Origin: an uncultured Verrucomicrobiae bacterium
Lineage (GTDB): Bacteria > Verrucomicrobiota > Verrucomicrobiia > Chthoniobacterales > JAATET01
Assembly: GCA_963719495.1 (NCBI GenBank)
Contig: CAVRCI010000002.1
Coordinates: forward strand, 384,001-448,000
Reading direction: 5' to 3'
DNA: 64,000 nt
Position 1 is the stretch's first letter. Every line of letters begins with the position of its first letter. Position numbers and translations under genes: made by a program. Positions 45,646 through 55,572 of this stretch are shown here, one piece after another. The notes below the pieces were generated by a model. That model made no database searches. It saw only the letters and a list, made by a program, of their open reading frames with translations, and was not told where the DNA came from.

Positions 45646-47175
45646 TCAAGCCGCGTAGGTGGATTCGGGTTCATCGATCGGCTCGAGATCGTCGCTCACG
45701 GGGCCACCCCCGATTTCCTCGCGATAGGCTAGGTCGGATTGGTAGAAGGATTCGACGAAGGCCAAGGTACAGAAGATCGACGAGTAGGTCCCGATGACGT
45801 CCCCGTAGAGAGTCACGTAAGTAAGCGCCTGCACGGCGAAGTAGGCGAAGAAGAGCAGGTGGAACTTCTTGAGTTCCGGGTCGGCCCACTCGATTCGCTG
45901 AATTCGCGTGTGCCGGATGAAGAAACTGACGAGGACTCCGATGCCCGTCACGTAGCCGCCGACGCCGAGGCCCAGCAGGAGGCTGAGGTGGCCGTTGTGG
46001 TAAGCGGAGGCGACCAGAGCCCAAGCGATATCGTCGGAAAATTGATACCACATCAGACGTTCGAGCTCGACCCCGGTAAAAACGAAGCCCTTCCCGATGA
46101 GCCAATGGTCGGGGAGTGTTTTAAGGGCTTCTCCCCACAGGAGAATTCGCCAACTGACGCTGTCGGCCGCGTTCTCCGCCGCCATGGCATCGAGATCGAG
46201 GAAGGGTAGGAAGCTGACCGCCCGCTGCACGCCGCCCGGAAGGTAACGGGCGAAGACGAACAGGAAGAGGTAGCCGAGCATCGCCGCGGCGAAGAACTGC
46301 AGGACAACTTTGCGATCCAACGTTCTGGTCTGCCAAAGAATGAAGAGCGCCACCAAGCCGATCTGAAGGGTGAAGACCCGGCCGCCACTCGGGAGCGAGA
46401 TCAGCACCGCAAGTCCGGCCAGGAACAAAAACCACGTCCGATGGGCGACGTAGTTGTTCTGGATATCCATCCGTGAATAGCAGGCAAGGAGGCAGGCGAG
46501 CGCGAGTGGCGACAGGCTGTAGATGCGCACCACACCGATGTCGGAGCGCATCGCGACTTCGGACATGCCGATCTGCGAAGAAGTCTGAATGAAATTCGCC
46601 ACGAAATTCGTCAGCATTCCGAGCGTGGCGAGAACGTCGGCGATGGCAGGGAAAATTGCGAACGCCGCGAGGAAAAAAAGGACGACCCTCCAGGTCCGGG
46701 TCGTCAGGGGGATTGCCGGCGCGGCGAGCAGGAATCCTGCTGAGAGGAAAAGCTGAACGTAGGAAAAACCTCCCCAGGCCGAGCTTCCAAAGATCTTCAA
46801 GCCAATCCCGTGAACGGCAATCACGGGGATAAAACTCGCCACGAAAAGTAGCAGCCACGTGTGGGACGAGGACCAGGTGAACGAAGAAGAGACTTTGAAC
46901 GTGATCCGACCCAGGACGGCTGCCAGAAGAATGATGACCAATCCGTAGAAGATGGTCAGTTTGGCACCCGTCCCCGGAATCAGGAATCCCGAGAGCCAGA
47001 CGGAAAACGTGAGCGCCGCCAGCGTCTGGGACAGCAGCAGAAGTGGAAGGCAGATCGTGACGCCCGCGATGACCGCGAGACGCAGGTAATCGCCATCGCT
47101 GATCGCCATCGCGATCAGCGGAATGATCACAACGCAGCAGACCGTGGTGAAGAGGATGGCGAAAATGCGATTCAC
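45646..47175 (-). CDS. wzy: O-antigen polymerase/ligase-family membrane protein (Wzy-like)
   Basis: 12+ TMs, SGGR, WRILLW..LIGKG, YHNGHLSLL Wzy_C-type motifs; lies among GTs and a flippase. Confidence 0.7.
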   Translation of the reverse strand: MNRIFAILFTTVCCVVIIPLIAMAISDGDYLRLAVIAGVTICLPLLLLSQTLAALTFSVWLSGFLIPGTGAKLTIFYGLVIILLAAVLGRITFKVSSSFTWSSSHTWLLLFVASFIPVIAVHGIGLKIFGSSAWGGFSYVQLFLSAGFLLAAPAIPLTTRTWRVVLFFLAAFAIFPAIADVLATLGMLTNFVANFIQTSSQIGMSEVAMRSDIGVVRIYSLSPLALACLLACYSRMDIQNNYVAHRTWFLFLAGLAVLISLPSGGRVFTLQIGLVALFILWQTRTLDRKVVLQFFAAAMLGYLFLFVFARYLPGGVQRAVSFLPFLDLDAMAAENAADSVSWRILLWGEALKTLPDHWLIGKGFVFTGVELERLMWYQFSDDIAWALVASAYHNGHLSLLLGLGVGGYVTGIGVLVSFFIRHTRIQRIEWADPELKKFHLLFFAYFAVQALTYVTLYGDVIGTYSSIFCTLAFVESFYQSDLAYREEIGGGPVSDDLEPIDEPESTYAA

Positions 47176-47254
47176 GAGATAATTGGCTGATCGATGGGAA
47201 GTCGCGACGGACTTCGAGTGTCCGACCGACGTTTGGAGTGGCGATCCGATCCAA

Positions 47255-48307
47255 TCATTGGACGGAAGCCGGTCGGTTCGTTGTGGGTGGTGCGGGGAGG
47301 CGGCGAGGACGGAGGAATCGTGCGAGGGCTCGCACTCCTTTGATCATGGGAACGGGGATAAGGATGAAGGGAAGCAGGTGGGTGTAGAACTCCGGAGTCC
47401 GGCCGTAAGCGCGGAAGACGCGAGGAACGATACCCCAGAACTCTCGCAACGAAAGATTCTGATGCATCGTCCACACCCGGGGCCGGATGTGCATCCGGCA
47501 AATCTTTCGATGGAAGCGCCGCGTCGTGTCGGATTCTTCGCCGAAAAGCGCGACCGCGATTTCGTGGTAACCCTCAATGTCGAGTTCCATCCGGCGGATC
47601 TCGCCTTCGACGAGAAACGAGTCGTTGCCGGCGCGGTAGGCGATGGCAACTTCGTCGCGGTAGGCCCAGGCGGGGCTCGACCGCATCATTCGACCGAAGA
47701 TGTAAACGTGGACATAGGCGTTGAAGAATGGCGAGGGGTCGAACTGCGCAATGGCTTCGAGCCACGCCGACCGACGGAAAATGTGCCCGGTGAGGAAGCC
47801 GAAATATTCACCAACACTCAGAAACGTCTCTTCGGCTGTCTCGAACCGCGTGACGACGTCGTGGTGAGGAAACGAGCCGCCGATCGTGGCGAGGGATTCG
47901 GTGAGGGAAAAATTGCAGGTGAGCGCGGGAAAGCTGAGGCCCGATATGCCGGGATGAACGTCGAAAACATCCAGGAGCGGGTCGACCGGAGAGATCAACT
48001 GATCGTCGCTCCCGAAGAGCCAGCAGTAATCGCCGCTGGCCAACGAGACGGCTTGCAGGAAATTTCGATCCGCGCCGACGTTTTCGTCGAACCGGTGGTA
48101 GACGATGGGGCGCTGGGCTCGAAGACGTTCGACGACCTGCCGGGTCTCGTCCGCCGAGGCGTTGTCGCTGACGACGATCTCGACCGTTGCATCGGTGCGA
48201 TCGAGGATGCTTTGGATGGTTTGCCCGATGTAGGCTCCGCGATTGTAGGTCGGAATGCAGATGCTTAACCGGGGCGGGGTAATTGGCGATGGGACGGGCG
48301 GGCTCAC
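47255..48307 (-). CDS. GT2, RfbV/WbaV (dideoxyhexosyltransferase)-like
   Basis: LSICIPTYNRG, VSDNASAD, NVGADRNFL..ASGDYCWLFGSDD; GTG start overlapping the upstream stop. Confidence 0.8.
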   Translation of the reverse strand: MSPPVPSPITPPRLSICIPTYNRGAYIGQTIQSILDRTDATVEIVVSDNASADETRQVVERLRAQRPIVYHRFDENVGADRNFLQAVSLASGDYCWLFGSDDQLISPVDPLLDVFDVHPGISGLSFPALTCNFSLTESLATIGGSFPHHDVVTRFETAEETFLSVGEYFGFLTGHIFRRSAWLEAIAQFDPSPFFNAYVHVYIFGRMMRSSPAWAYRDEVAIAYRAGNDSFLVEGEIRRMELDIEGYHEIAVALFGEESDTTRRFHRKICRMHIRPRVWTMHQNLSLREFWGIVPRVFRAYGRTPEFYTHLLPFILIPVPMIKGVRALARFLRPRRLPAPPTTNRPASVQ

Positions 48308-49317
48308 TGAGCGGGAGCCTTCTGAAGAAGGGGTTTGACGGTCCGCTGGTAAACGAAATCGGCCACGCGGAGCACGGGACGCGGCGCGATCAGCCAGGGC
48401 AGAAGCCGGGCGTAGAACGCCGGGAATCGCCAGTAGTAGCGCAGAAGCATCCGGCGCGCGGCCCGATGGTATCCGGGATCGACGGGGTGAAACGCCGCAA
48501 ACCGGAGCGCGGCCTGGCAGGGCACGGCGCACACGCGCCGATCGATCGCGCGCACTTCCGCCGAATTCTCTCCGAAGAGGCCGGCGGCGACTTGGTGGTA
48601 GCCGACGACGTCGATCTCGAGGCGGCGGAAGAAACCGGACGCCAGAAAGGAGTCGTTGCCCGACCGCCATCCCACCACCGGATCGGCCAGACCCAGCCAG
48701 CTCGGGTGGGATTGCAGCATTCGCCCGATCACGTAGACGTGGACGTAGGCGTTCAGGTAGTCGCCGAGCTCGTTGTCGCGGCACGCGTCGAGCCATCGAC
48801 GTCGATGGACGACCTGGGCGGAGAGGTAGCCGAAGTAATCGCCGACTGCCCGAAAACACTCCGACGCGGATTCAAAGTGTCGATTCTCGAACCAGGGTTC
48901 GATCCCGGGGGCTGGCTCCTCGAGCGTGCGGGTCAAATCGAACGAAAGTCCATGACGGTTGCACGAGATGCCGGAGAGTCCGGGGGTGGCCGCGAGCGCC
49001 GACCGGATCGTGGCGATCGAATCGGGAAGGCAGACGTCGTCACTGCCCAAGAGCCAACAGTAGTCGGTTGTGGCGAGCTCGACGACCTTGAGGTAGTTGC
49101 GATCCGGGCCGATGTTCTCCGGGGATCGGTGAACGATCAGGCTCGCGAACCGGTCGCGGAAGCTCTCGACGACGGCCACCGTGTCGTCCGTCGAGGCGTT
49201 GTCCGAGACGACGACCTCGACGTCCGACGTCTGCCGCGCGATGCTCTCGAGCGCCTCGCCGATGAACGCCGCCCGGTTGTAAGCGGGGATGCAGATGGAC
49301 AACGTCGGTGGGATCAT
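48304..49317 (-). CDS. GT2, RfbV/WbaV-like, paralog of the downstream gene
   Basis: LSICIPAYNRA, VSDNASTD, NIGPDRNYL..DYCWLLGSDD. Confidence 0.8.
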   Translation of the reverse strand: MIPPTLSICIPAYNRAAFIGEALESIARQTSDVEVVVSDNASTDDTVAVVESFRDRFASLIVHRSPENIGPDRNYLKVVELATTDYCWLLGSDDVCLPDSIATIRSALAATPGLSGISCNRHGLSFDLTRTLEEPAPGIEPWFENRHFESASECFRAVGDYFGYLSAQVVHRRRWLDACRDNELGDYLNAYVHVYVIGRMLQSHPSWLGLADPVVGWRSGNDSFLASGFFRRLEIDVVGYHQVAAGLFGENSAEVRAIDRRVCAVPCQAALRFAAFHPVDPGYHRAARRMLLRYYWRFPAFYARLLPWLIAPRPVLRVADFVYQRTVKPLLQKAPAQ

Positions 49318-50636
49318 GGCGTCAAAGGTGACGGTCTTGTGTCTCGCGTTTTCCGAATCCGGGCAAACACAGAATGCGGCAAAAACCAGGCGGTCGTCAG
49401 AAGGAAGGACGCCGTGAGCGCGAGGGTGACTCCCATTTCCCGATAGATCGGGACGAGGACGAGTTGGAGGCCCAGAGAGATCGCGGCTTGGAACGGGACG
49501 GCGACGTAAAGTGGGGTGAGAACATTCTGACTGGTGAGCACGCAGGCGAACGTGTCGGTCCAGATACGGAGAAGCAGGTAGGCGGCGTAGGAAATGACGA
49601 AGGCGGTGCCAGGATGGGCGTTGGTCCCGGGAGCGAGGATGTCGAAGATGGCGGCGGAATATCCCAAGAGGACGACCGTGGCGACCACGACGACCACGAT
49701 CCCGAACGCCACGTTCAGTCGCAGGAGTCGAAATGCGCCGGTCCATTCGTTGCGGGCGGCAGCCTGGGTGATCGACGGCGCGATGGCCAGGAGCACCGCG
49801 TTGAAGACGAAGAAGACGAGCGTGAAAATCTTCGCCGTCACGGAATAGGTGATGATTTCGTTGGCGGCGAGCGATTGAGAAATGACCAGGTAATCGATGC
49901 TGAGGACCGCATTGGCCATTGCGGCAAAACCCCAGTGCTTGAGTCCCTGACGGACGAGATGGTCGTAGGCCGATTCCCCGCCATCGACCGCAGCGCGGGC
50001 GGGTCGGCGTCGGAACAATCGGGCGCAGTATCCGACGCAGAAGAGCACCCCGAGCGGGACGAAGAAACAGCCGCACGCCAAGGGAAGCCGGGCGGTGTCG
50101 GGGACGGCTTCGTGGCTGAGCACGTAGGCGACCAGGCCGGATGTCGTCGCCACGGCGGGCAGGACATTGGCGTAATAGCCACGGTTCTCGGCGAACCAGA
50201 CCCCGCTGATGAGCCCGAAGACCGACTGCGCGATGAATCCGAGCGAAGTAATTAGAAATGCGGCGGTGAGGGTCTCGCGGGAGCTTTGGGTGAATTTTCC
50301 GAGTAAGGCCTCGGCCAGCGGGGCCGCAAAAACCACGAGCCCGACCGTTGCCACGACAGCTGGAAGCAGGGCAGCGAGAAACCCGCGGCGAACGAGGAAG
50401 GAATATTCCGCACCGTGCGCGATTCGGTAGGCAACGGCATTTTGCAACGCGGCGCCGAATCCGAACTGGACCAGACCGATCCAAGGGGCCAGACCGGCGA
50501 GCACGGCCCAGGCGGCGTAACCTTCTTCCCCGAGCGAGGAAATCAGGATCGGCGTCGAGACGAGCGCGACGCTTGAGGTGACAATACGCGCGATCCAGGA
50601 AGAGGAGGCGACCAGCGCGATGCGCGAACGATTCAC
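49314..50636 (-). CDS. wzx: Polysaccharide flippase (Wzx/RfbX-like)
   Basis: About 12 TMs, LGEEGYAAW..FGFGAALQN, IDYLVISQSL; GTG start inferred. Confidence 0.8.
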   Translation of the reverse strand: MNRSRIALVASSSWIARIVTSSVALVSTPILISSLGEEGYAAWAVLAGLAPWIGLVQFGFGAALQNAVAYRIAHGAEYSFLVRRGFLAALLPAVVATVGLVVFAAPLAEALLGKFTQSSRETLTAAFLITSLGFIAQSVFGLISGVWFAENRGYYANVLPAVATTSGLVAYVLSHEAVPDTARLPLACGCFFVPLGVLFCVGYCARLFRRRPARAAVDGGESAYDHLVRQGLKHWGFAAMANAVLSIDYLVISQSLAANEIITYSVTAKIFTLVFFVFNAVLLAIAPSITQAAARNEWTGAFRLLRLNVAFGIVVVVVATVVLLGYSAAIFDILAPGTNAHPGTAFVISYAAYLLLRIWTDTFACVLTSQNVLTPLYVAVPFQAAISLGLQLVLVPIYREMGVTLALTASFLLTTAWFLPHSVFARIRKTRDTRPSPLTP

Positions 50637-50716
50637 GAATGGAGCGGTGGGCTGGAGCGGTCGGCTGGTTGTGATGGTTCCGAAGTCGGCAATTGGGCCT
50701 TGGGGAGCGGAGGTCG

Positions 50717-51781
50717 CTACGCTCCCTCGGCTTCGGTGGCCAATTGCCGAGCCCAGTCGAGCATGCGATCCAAGCCTTGGTTGGTCGTCACCCGCGGGGA
50801 CCAATCGAGGAGCGATTTTGCCTTGGCGACGGCGGCCACGAAGAAATCCTGATCGCTCTGGCGGCGAGGGAGCTTTTCGTATTGGAGGGCGTCGAGGCCG
50901 ACTTTGTCGGCGAGGATGGCGAGGAGTTCGAGGAGACTCAGGCTGTTCGCGGTTCCGCCGCCGATGTTGAAGATCTGGCCGCTGGCCTGGTCGCGGTGGT
51001 CGTAGGCGGCGCGGTAGAGGGCAACAAGATCGTCGGCGTGGAGGACGTCGCGGACCTGCTTGCCGGAACCGGAGATGGTGAACGGCTCGATGACTCTACC
51101 CTCCGCCGCCGCGTTGGATTGCTCGATGGCCTTCTGGCAGAACCAGCCGATCCAGCCCTGATCGAACGAGGCGAATTGGCGGCCGCCATAGATAGACGAA
51201 TGGCGAAAGACGACTGTCGAGAGGCCGTAGACGCGCGACCAATCGCGGACGTATTGGTCGGCGGAACCCTTCGAGCATCCGTAGGGCGTCGAGAAGTCGA
51301 GCGGCAAAGTCTCGGGGATGCCTCCGGGGAAGGCGGGTAGCGTGTATCGGGTGGGGGTCTCGAAGTAATCGAGGTGCTCGAGGTCGCCGTAGACTTTGTT
51401 GGTCGAGCTGTAAGCGACGAGCGCGCGGGGGCTGAATCGGCGGGTGGCCTCGAGGACGTTGAACGTGCCGAGGATGTTCGTCATCAGATCGCGGCGGGGA
51501 TCCTCAAGGGACGTGGTCATGGCGACCTGACCGGCGACGTGGCAGATGAAATCGAAGGGGCCGTGCTCCTCGAAGATCTCGTCGACGAGGGCGGGCTCGG
51601 CGATGTCCATTTCGTGGAAGTGGAGGGTGCCGGTGGCCCGGGATTGGAGCCACTCGAGGTTGGCGTGGGTGCCTTGACGGAAAAGGGCGTCGGCGATGAC
51701 GACTTCCTCGCCGCGGTCGAGGTGGGAGGCAGCGAGGTTGGAGCCAAGGAAGCCACAGCCTCCGGTAATCAAAATTTTCAT
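50717..51781 (-). CDS. rfbE: CDP-paratose 2-epimerase (CDP-tyvelose epimerase)
   Basis: MKILITGGCGFLGSNLA, HVAGQVAMTTS, YSSTNKVYGDL, STPYGCSKG.ADQY, GRQFASFDQGWIGWFCQKA, GKQVRDVLHA. Confidence 0.9.
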   Translation of the reverse strand: MKILITGGCGFLGSNLAASHLDRGEEVVIADALFRQGTHANLEWLQSRATGTLHFHEMDIAEPALVDEIFEEHGPFDFICHVAGQVAMTTSLEDPRRDLMTNILGTFNVLEATRRFSPRALVAYSSTNKVYGDLEHLDYFETPTRYTLPAFPGGIPETLPLDFSTPYGCSKGSADQYVRDWSRVYGLSTVVFRHSSIYGGRQFASFDQGWIGWFCQKAIEQSNAAAEGRVIEPFTISGSGKQVRDVLHADDLVALYRAAYDHRDQASGQIFNIGGGTANSLSLLELLAILADKVGLDALQYEKLPRRQSDQDFFVAAVAKAKSLLDWSPRVTTNQGLDRMLDWARQLATEAEGA

Positions 51782-52611
51782 AAGGATTCGGTCAGATCGG
51801 GAACGTAGCGCATGACTTCGTTGGGGCGGTAGAGCAAAGCGCCGACCTTGAGGTCCCCGGTGGCGCCAAATTTTTCCCACCACTCCGTCGCGAAATCTCG
51901 CAAGGTGGTGGCGTGGCCGCTGCCGACGTTGGCGACGTGGAGGCGAGCGGGCCGCACGTCGGTGCGGGTGGCGTAGGCGAGAAATTTTGCAGCAACGTCC
52001 GCGACCGGGCTGAAGTCGCGGATCTGATCGCCTTCGGTCATCAAAAAATTTTCACCCGACTCGGCGGCGCGGCGTAGGGAGGGCCAGAAATTGTCCGCGT
52101 GCTGGTGGGGGCCGTAGATTTGAAAAGGTCGCAGGACGGTCACGTTCGTGCCGGACTCCGCGGCGAAGGCGGCGGCGGCGACCGTGGCGGCGGCTTTCGA
52201 GGCGCCGTATGCGGTGGTAGGCTCGAGCGGAGCGTGGGTCGGGATGAAATCGTAGTCCGCGGCGGAGCGTCCGTATTCGAAGCAGGATCCGCAGAGGACG
52301 AAGCGTTTCACCCCGGCTGAGGCGGCGGCACGCCAGAGCGCCACGGAATCGCTGACGTTGGTTTGAAAGAGTTCGGGCCAATCGGCTTTCTGTGGACTGA
52401 CGCCGACGGCCGCCAAGTGGACGAAGACATCGCAGTCGTCGAAGGCGGCAGGTTCTACGAACGAAAGATCGGCCAGAACCCATCTGGGGTTCACGCATTC
52501 GCGGGACCGAATGTCGCGGTGAATGGCGTTCAATTCGTGCCCGGCGTCGAGCGCGGCCTGGATGAAGGCACCGCCGAGGAAGCCGGTGCCGCCGGTGAGG
52601 AAGATCCTCAT
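51778..52611 (-). CDS. NAD-dependent epimerase/dehydratase, probable CDP-3,6-dideoxy-4-ketohexose reductase
   Basis: TGGTGFLG, GSCFEYG, YGASK, GDQIRDF; located between rfbH and rfbE. Confidence 0.7.
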   Translation of the reverse strand: MRIFLTGGTGFLGGAFIQAALDAGHELNAIHRDIRSRECVNPRWVLADLSFVEPAAFDDCDVFVHLAAVGVSPQKADWPELFQTNVSDSVALWRAAASAGVKRFVLCGSCFEYGRSAADYDFIPTHAPLEPTTAYGASKAAATVAAAAFAAESGTNVTVLRPFQIYGPHQHADNFWPSLRRAAESGENFLMTEGDQIRDFSPVADVAAKFLAYATRTDVRPARLHVANVGSGHATTLRDFATEWWEKFGATGDLKVGALLYRPNEVMRYVPDLTESL

Positions 52612-52615
52612 GGTA

Positions 52616-54394
52616 TCAGTGGGATTGGACGAACTTGTGGATGGTGTCCAGCTCGTAGGCGAGCATGTCGGACGACAATCCCGGGTAGGTCCCGAGGAAG
52701 AGGGCGGTGTTCATGATCTCGTCGGCACCGGTCGTCTCGACGGCGACGCGGAGGGCGTCGGGTCGGTCGCGCTTGAGCTGCACGAAGGCGGGTTGACGCA
52801 GGAGATTGCCGCCGAAGAGCATTCGGTTGCCGATCTTTTGCTCGTCGAGGTGGCGGCCGAGCTGACTGTGGGTGAAGGGGGAACCGGGTCGGACGCGGAT
52901 CATGAAGCCGAACCACGACGGATCGGCGTGGTGGCCGCTGCCGTCGGGTGTGAAGTGGCCGTCCGCCCAACCCGAGGCGTGGGTGGGCAGTGAAAAGGCA
53001 AAGAATTCGCCGAGGTCGTCGAGTCCCGCGCGGAGCGTCTGCCAGTTCTCGCGGCGGGCCTGACTGAACTCCGGAAGTCGCTTGAGCTGTCGGCGACCGA
53101 TGGCGGCCTGGGGGTCGAGCGGTTTCAGATTATAGCCGATGTGGCTGTAAATGTATTTGTGGTCGTAGCCTTCGGGCAGCTCGCCGAGCTGCCAGCCAAA
53201 CCGTTTGCCGCAGGTGTTGTCGACGCCGCTGGCGCACCAGCAGTCGCGGCCCCAATCGCGGAAACTCTCGGCGTAGGTCTTGAGCGGGGGGCGGCGGATG
53301 ATGTTGACCGCGCCGCCTTCGCCCATCGTGAGGTGGTGGGGGGGGTAGAAGGATTGGGTGGAAATGTCGCCCCAGGCTCCGGACGGGGCCGTGAGCGTGG
53401 CCGAATCGTCGCCTTCGAAGCCGATGAGTGGATTCGTCCCGGTCTCCGCGATTTTGAGAAGGTGATCGAGGCCAAGGTCGCGGGCGCGGGCGGTCGGCAT
53501 CGAATACGTGCTGCCGAGCGCGTCGCAGTTGTCCTCGATGAGCCAGAGTTCGTGGGCTTGGCAAAATTCGAGCACGGCCCCGATGTCGAACGGGTTGCCG
53601 AGCGTGTGTGCCATCATGACGGCTTTTGTTTTGCCAGGAACGAAGGCGTCTTCGAGCTGTTCGACGCGGGCGTTGCCGTTCTCGGGATCGTTGTCGATGA
53701 AGACGGGGACTGCCCCGGTCTGGAGGATCGGCGAGACCGTGGTCGGGAAGCCGGCGGCGACGGTGATGACTTCGTCGCCGGGTTGAATGCGGCGGTGGTC
53801 GGGGAGTTTGTGCGTCGTGAAGGCCGAGGCTGCGATGAGGTTGGCGGACGAGCCGGAGTTTACCAGGAGGCTGTGCTTCACGCCGAGGGTGGCGGCGAGT
53901 TCTTCCTGAAAGGCCTCGCCTTCGTGGCCAAGCGTGAGCCAGAAGTCCATCGTAGCGCCGACGGCGGCTGCGACTTCGTCCTCGGTGAAGACGCGTCCGG
54001 CGTAGGGGACGGTTGTGCTTCCGCTGACGAAGGCGGGACGGAGCGGGTCGTTGCCGGGGCGATTCGCGGCGTGGGCGAGGGCGGAGAAGGCGCGCGTCTC
54101 GCGGAGGGCGAATTGCTTGTGGAGGCGTGCGAGGAACGCGGGCTTCAAGCGGGCGTCGAGCGGGCGGAGCTGGTCGGCGGTGACCCAAAGGCGTCGATCC
54201 GTGCGGACGGCTGCGGGGTGGGGCAGGACGGCGTCGTCGGCGTAGTCGTCGCCGGCGACCGCGAGTGCGTGCTCGTGGGCGGTGTCTTCGGTGACGAGGA
54301 GAAGCTCCAATTCGCCGGATTGATCGGGCGGCGAAAGGACGACGACGGTATGCGGATTCGGGGATTCGAGCTGACAGAATTGGCCGGGATTCAT
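52616..54394 (-). CDS. rfbH: CDP-4-keto-6-deoxy-D-glucose 3-dehydratase (E1) with N-terminal extension
   Basis: LVNSGSSANL, AAGFPTT, HTLGNPF, EDNCDALG, SFYPPHHLTMGEGG (His in place of PLP Lys), RDCWC..DNTC 2Fe-2S ligands, YDHKYIYSHIGYNLK. Confidence 0.92.
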   Translation of the reverse strand: MNPGQFCQLESPNPHTVVVLSPPDQSGELELLLVTEDTAHEHALAVAGDDYADDAVLPHPAAVRTDRRLWVTADQLRPLDARLKPAFLARLHKQFALRETRAFSALAHAANRPGNDPLRPAFVSGSTTVPYAGRVFTEDEVAAAVGATMDFWLTLGHEGEAFQEELAATLGVKHSLLVNSGSSANLIAASAFTTHKLPDHRRIQPGDEVITVAAGFPTTVSPILQTGAVPVFIDNDPENGNARVEQLEDAFVPGKTKAVMMAHTLGNPFDIGAVLEFCQAHELWLIEDNCDALGSTYSMPTARARDLGLDHLLKIAETGTNPLIGFEGDDSATLTAPSGAWGDISTQSFYPPHHLTMGEGGAVNIIRRPPLKTYAESFRDWGRDCWCASGVDNTCGKRFGWQLGELPEGYDHKYIYSHIGYNLKPLDPQAAIGRRQLKRLPEFSQARRENWQTLRAGLDDLGEFFAFSLPTHASGWADGHFTPDGSGHHADPSWFGFMIRVRPGSPFTHSQLGRHLDEQKIGNRMLFGGNLLRQPAFVQLKRDRPDALRVAVETTGADEIMNTALFLGTYPGLSSDMLAYELDTIHKFVQSH

Positions 54395-54460
54395 GAGAAA
54401 AATTGCGGGCGCCGAGGGATGCGCCGGTTGGAAGAAACGCCCGTGGGCGGGACTAGGAGT

Positions 54461-55567
54461 CTACCGAGTGGCACAATAGGCCTCGATCTGGGACCGGGTC
54501 AATTCGGCGACGCCGTCCGGGCTCGCTGCGGTATCGGCTTCCCGATACCAATCCGAAGTCCGGGCGATGGTCTGCGCGAAATCCCAGCGCGGACCCCAGC
54601 CGAGGAGGTGGTGGGCTTTATCGGTGGCGAGATTGAGGAGGGATGCTTCGTGAACGGCGTTCGAGTCGGAGCCGTCGATCCAGGATCCGGGCGCGTGGGA
54701 GAGAAGTTCGACGACGAGGTCGGCGACGGTCCGATTCGACGAGAGGGGTGGGCCGAAATTGAACGCCGTGGCGTAGGCGGCGGGCGGCAGCGGGAAGTCG
54801 CCTCCGCCGGCGAGCGCCGCGCCGAGGAGAAGGTAGCCACCGAGGGGTTCGAGGACGTGCTGCCACGGGCGGGTGGCCGTCTTGTTGCGGACGCGGATGG
54901 GCGAGCCTTCGCGCAGAGCCCGGAAGCAATCGGGAACGATGCGATCCTCGGCCCAATCGCCGCCGCCAATGACGTTCCCCGCGCGAGCGGACCCGAGGCG
55001 GACCGGGGAGTCCTCCGCGGAAAAATACGATCGGCGATACGCCTCGATCACGATCTCGGCTGCTCCCTTCGACGAGCTGTAGGGATCGTGGCCGCCGAGT
55101 GGATCGGTCTCGCGGTAACCGTGAACCCACTCCCGGTTGTCGTAGCACTTGTCGGTCGTGATCGCGACGATCTGGCAAGGGCGGGAGAGTCGGCGGCAGG
55201 CGTCGAGGACGTGGACGGTTCCCATGACGTTCGTCGCGTAGGTCTCGACCGGCTCGCGGTAGGAGAGGCGAACGAGCGGCTGCGCGGCGAGGTGAAAGAC
55301 AAAGTCGGGATCGGCGGCGGCGACGGCCGCCTCGACGGCGGGTAAGTCGCGGACGTCGCCTTCCGTGTGATGAAGGCGCGCGGCGAGTTGAAGTTGCCCG
55401 AAGAGCGCGGGCGTCGTCGCGGGAGCCAGCGCGAAACCGTGAACCTCCGCTCCGAGCGAGAGCAGCCACTCGGCGAGCCAACTTCCCTTGAAGCCGGTGT
55501 GCCCGGTGAGGAAAACGCGCTTGCCCCGGTAGGCTGCGGCGAGGGTGGCGGCGTGGCGCTCGGTCAT
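54461..55567 (-). CDS. rfbG: CDP-glucose 4,6-dehydratase
   Basis: LTGHTGFKGSWL, HLAAQPLVRLSY, TTDKCY, DPYSSSK, RAGNVIGGGDW, RPWQHVLEPL. Confidence 0.95.
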   Translation of the reverse strand: MTERHAATLAAAYRGKRVFLTGHTGFKGSWLAEWLLSLGAEVHGFALAPATTPALFGQLQLAARLHHTEGDVRDLPAVEAAVAAADPDFVFHLAAQPLVRLSYREPVETYATNVMGTVHVLDACRRLSRPCQIVAITTDKCYDNREWVHGYRETDPLGGHDPYSSSKGAAEIVIEAYRRSYFSAEDSPVRLGSARAGNVIGGGDWAEDRIVPDCFRALREGSPIRVRNKTATRPWQHVLEPLGGYLLLGAALAGGGDFPLPPAAYATAFNFGPPLSSNRTVADLVVELLSHAPGSWIDGSDSNAVHEASLLNLATDKAHHLLGWGPRWDFAQTIARTSDWYREADTAASPDGVAELTRSQIEAYCATR

Positions 55568-55572
55568 TTCAC

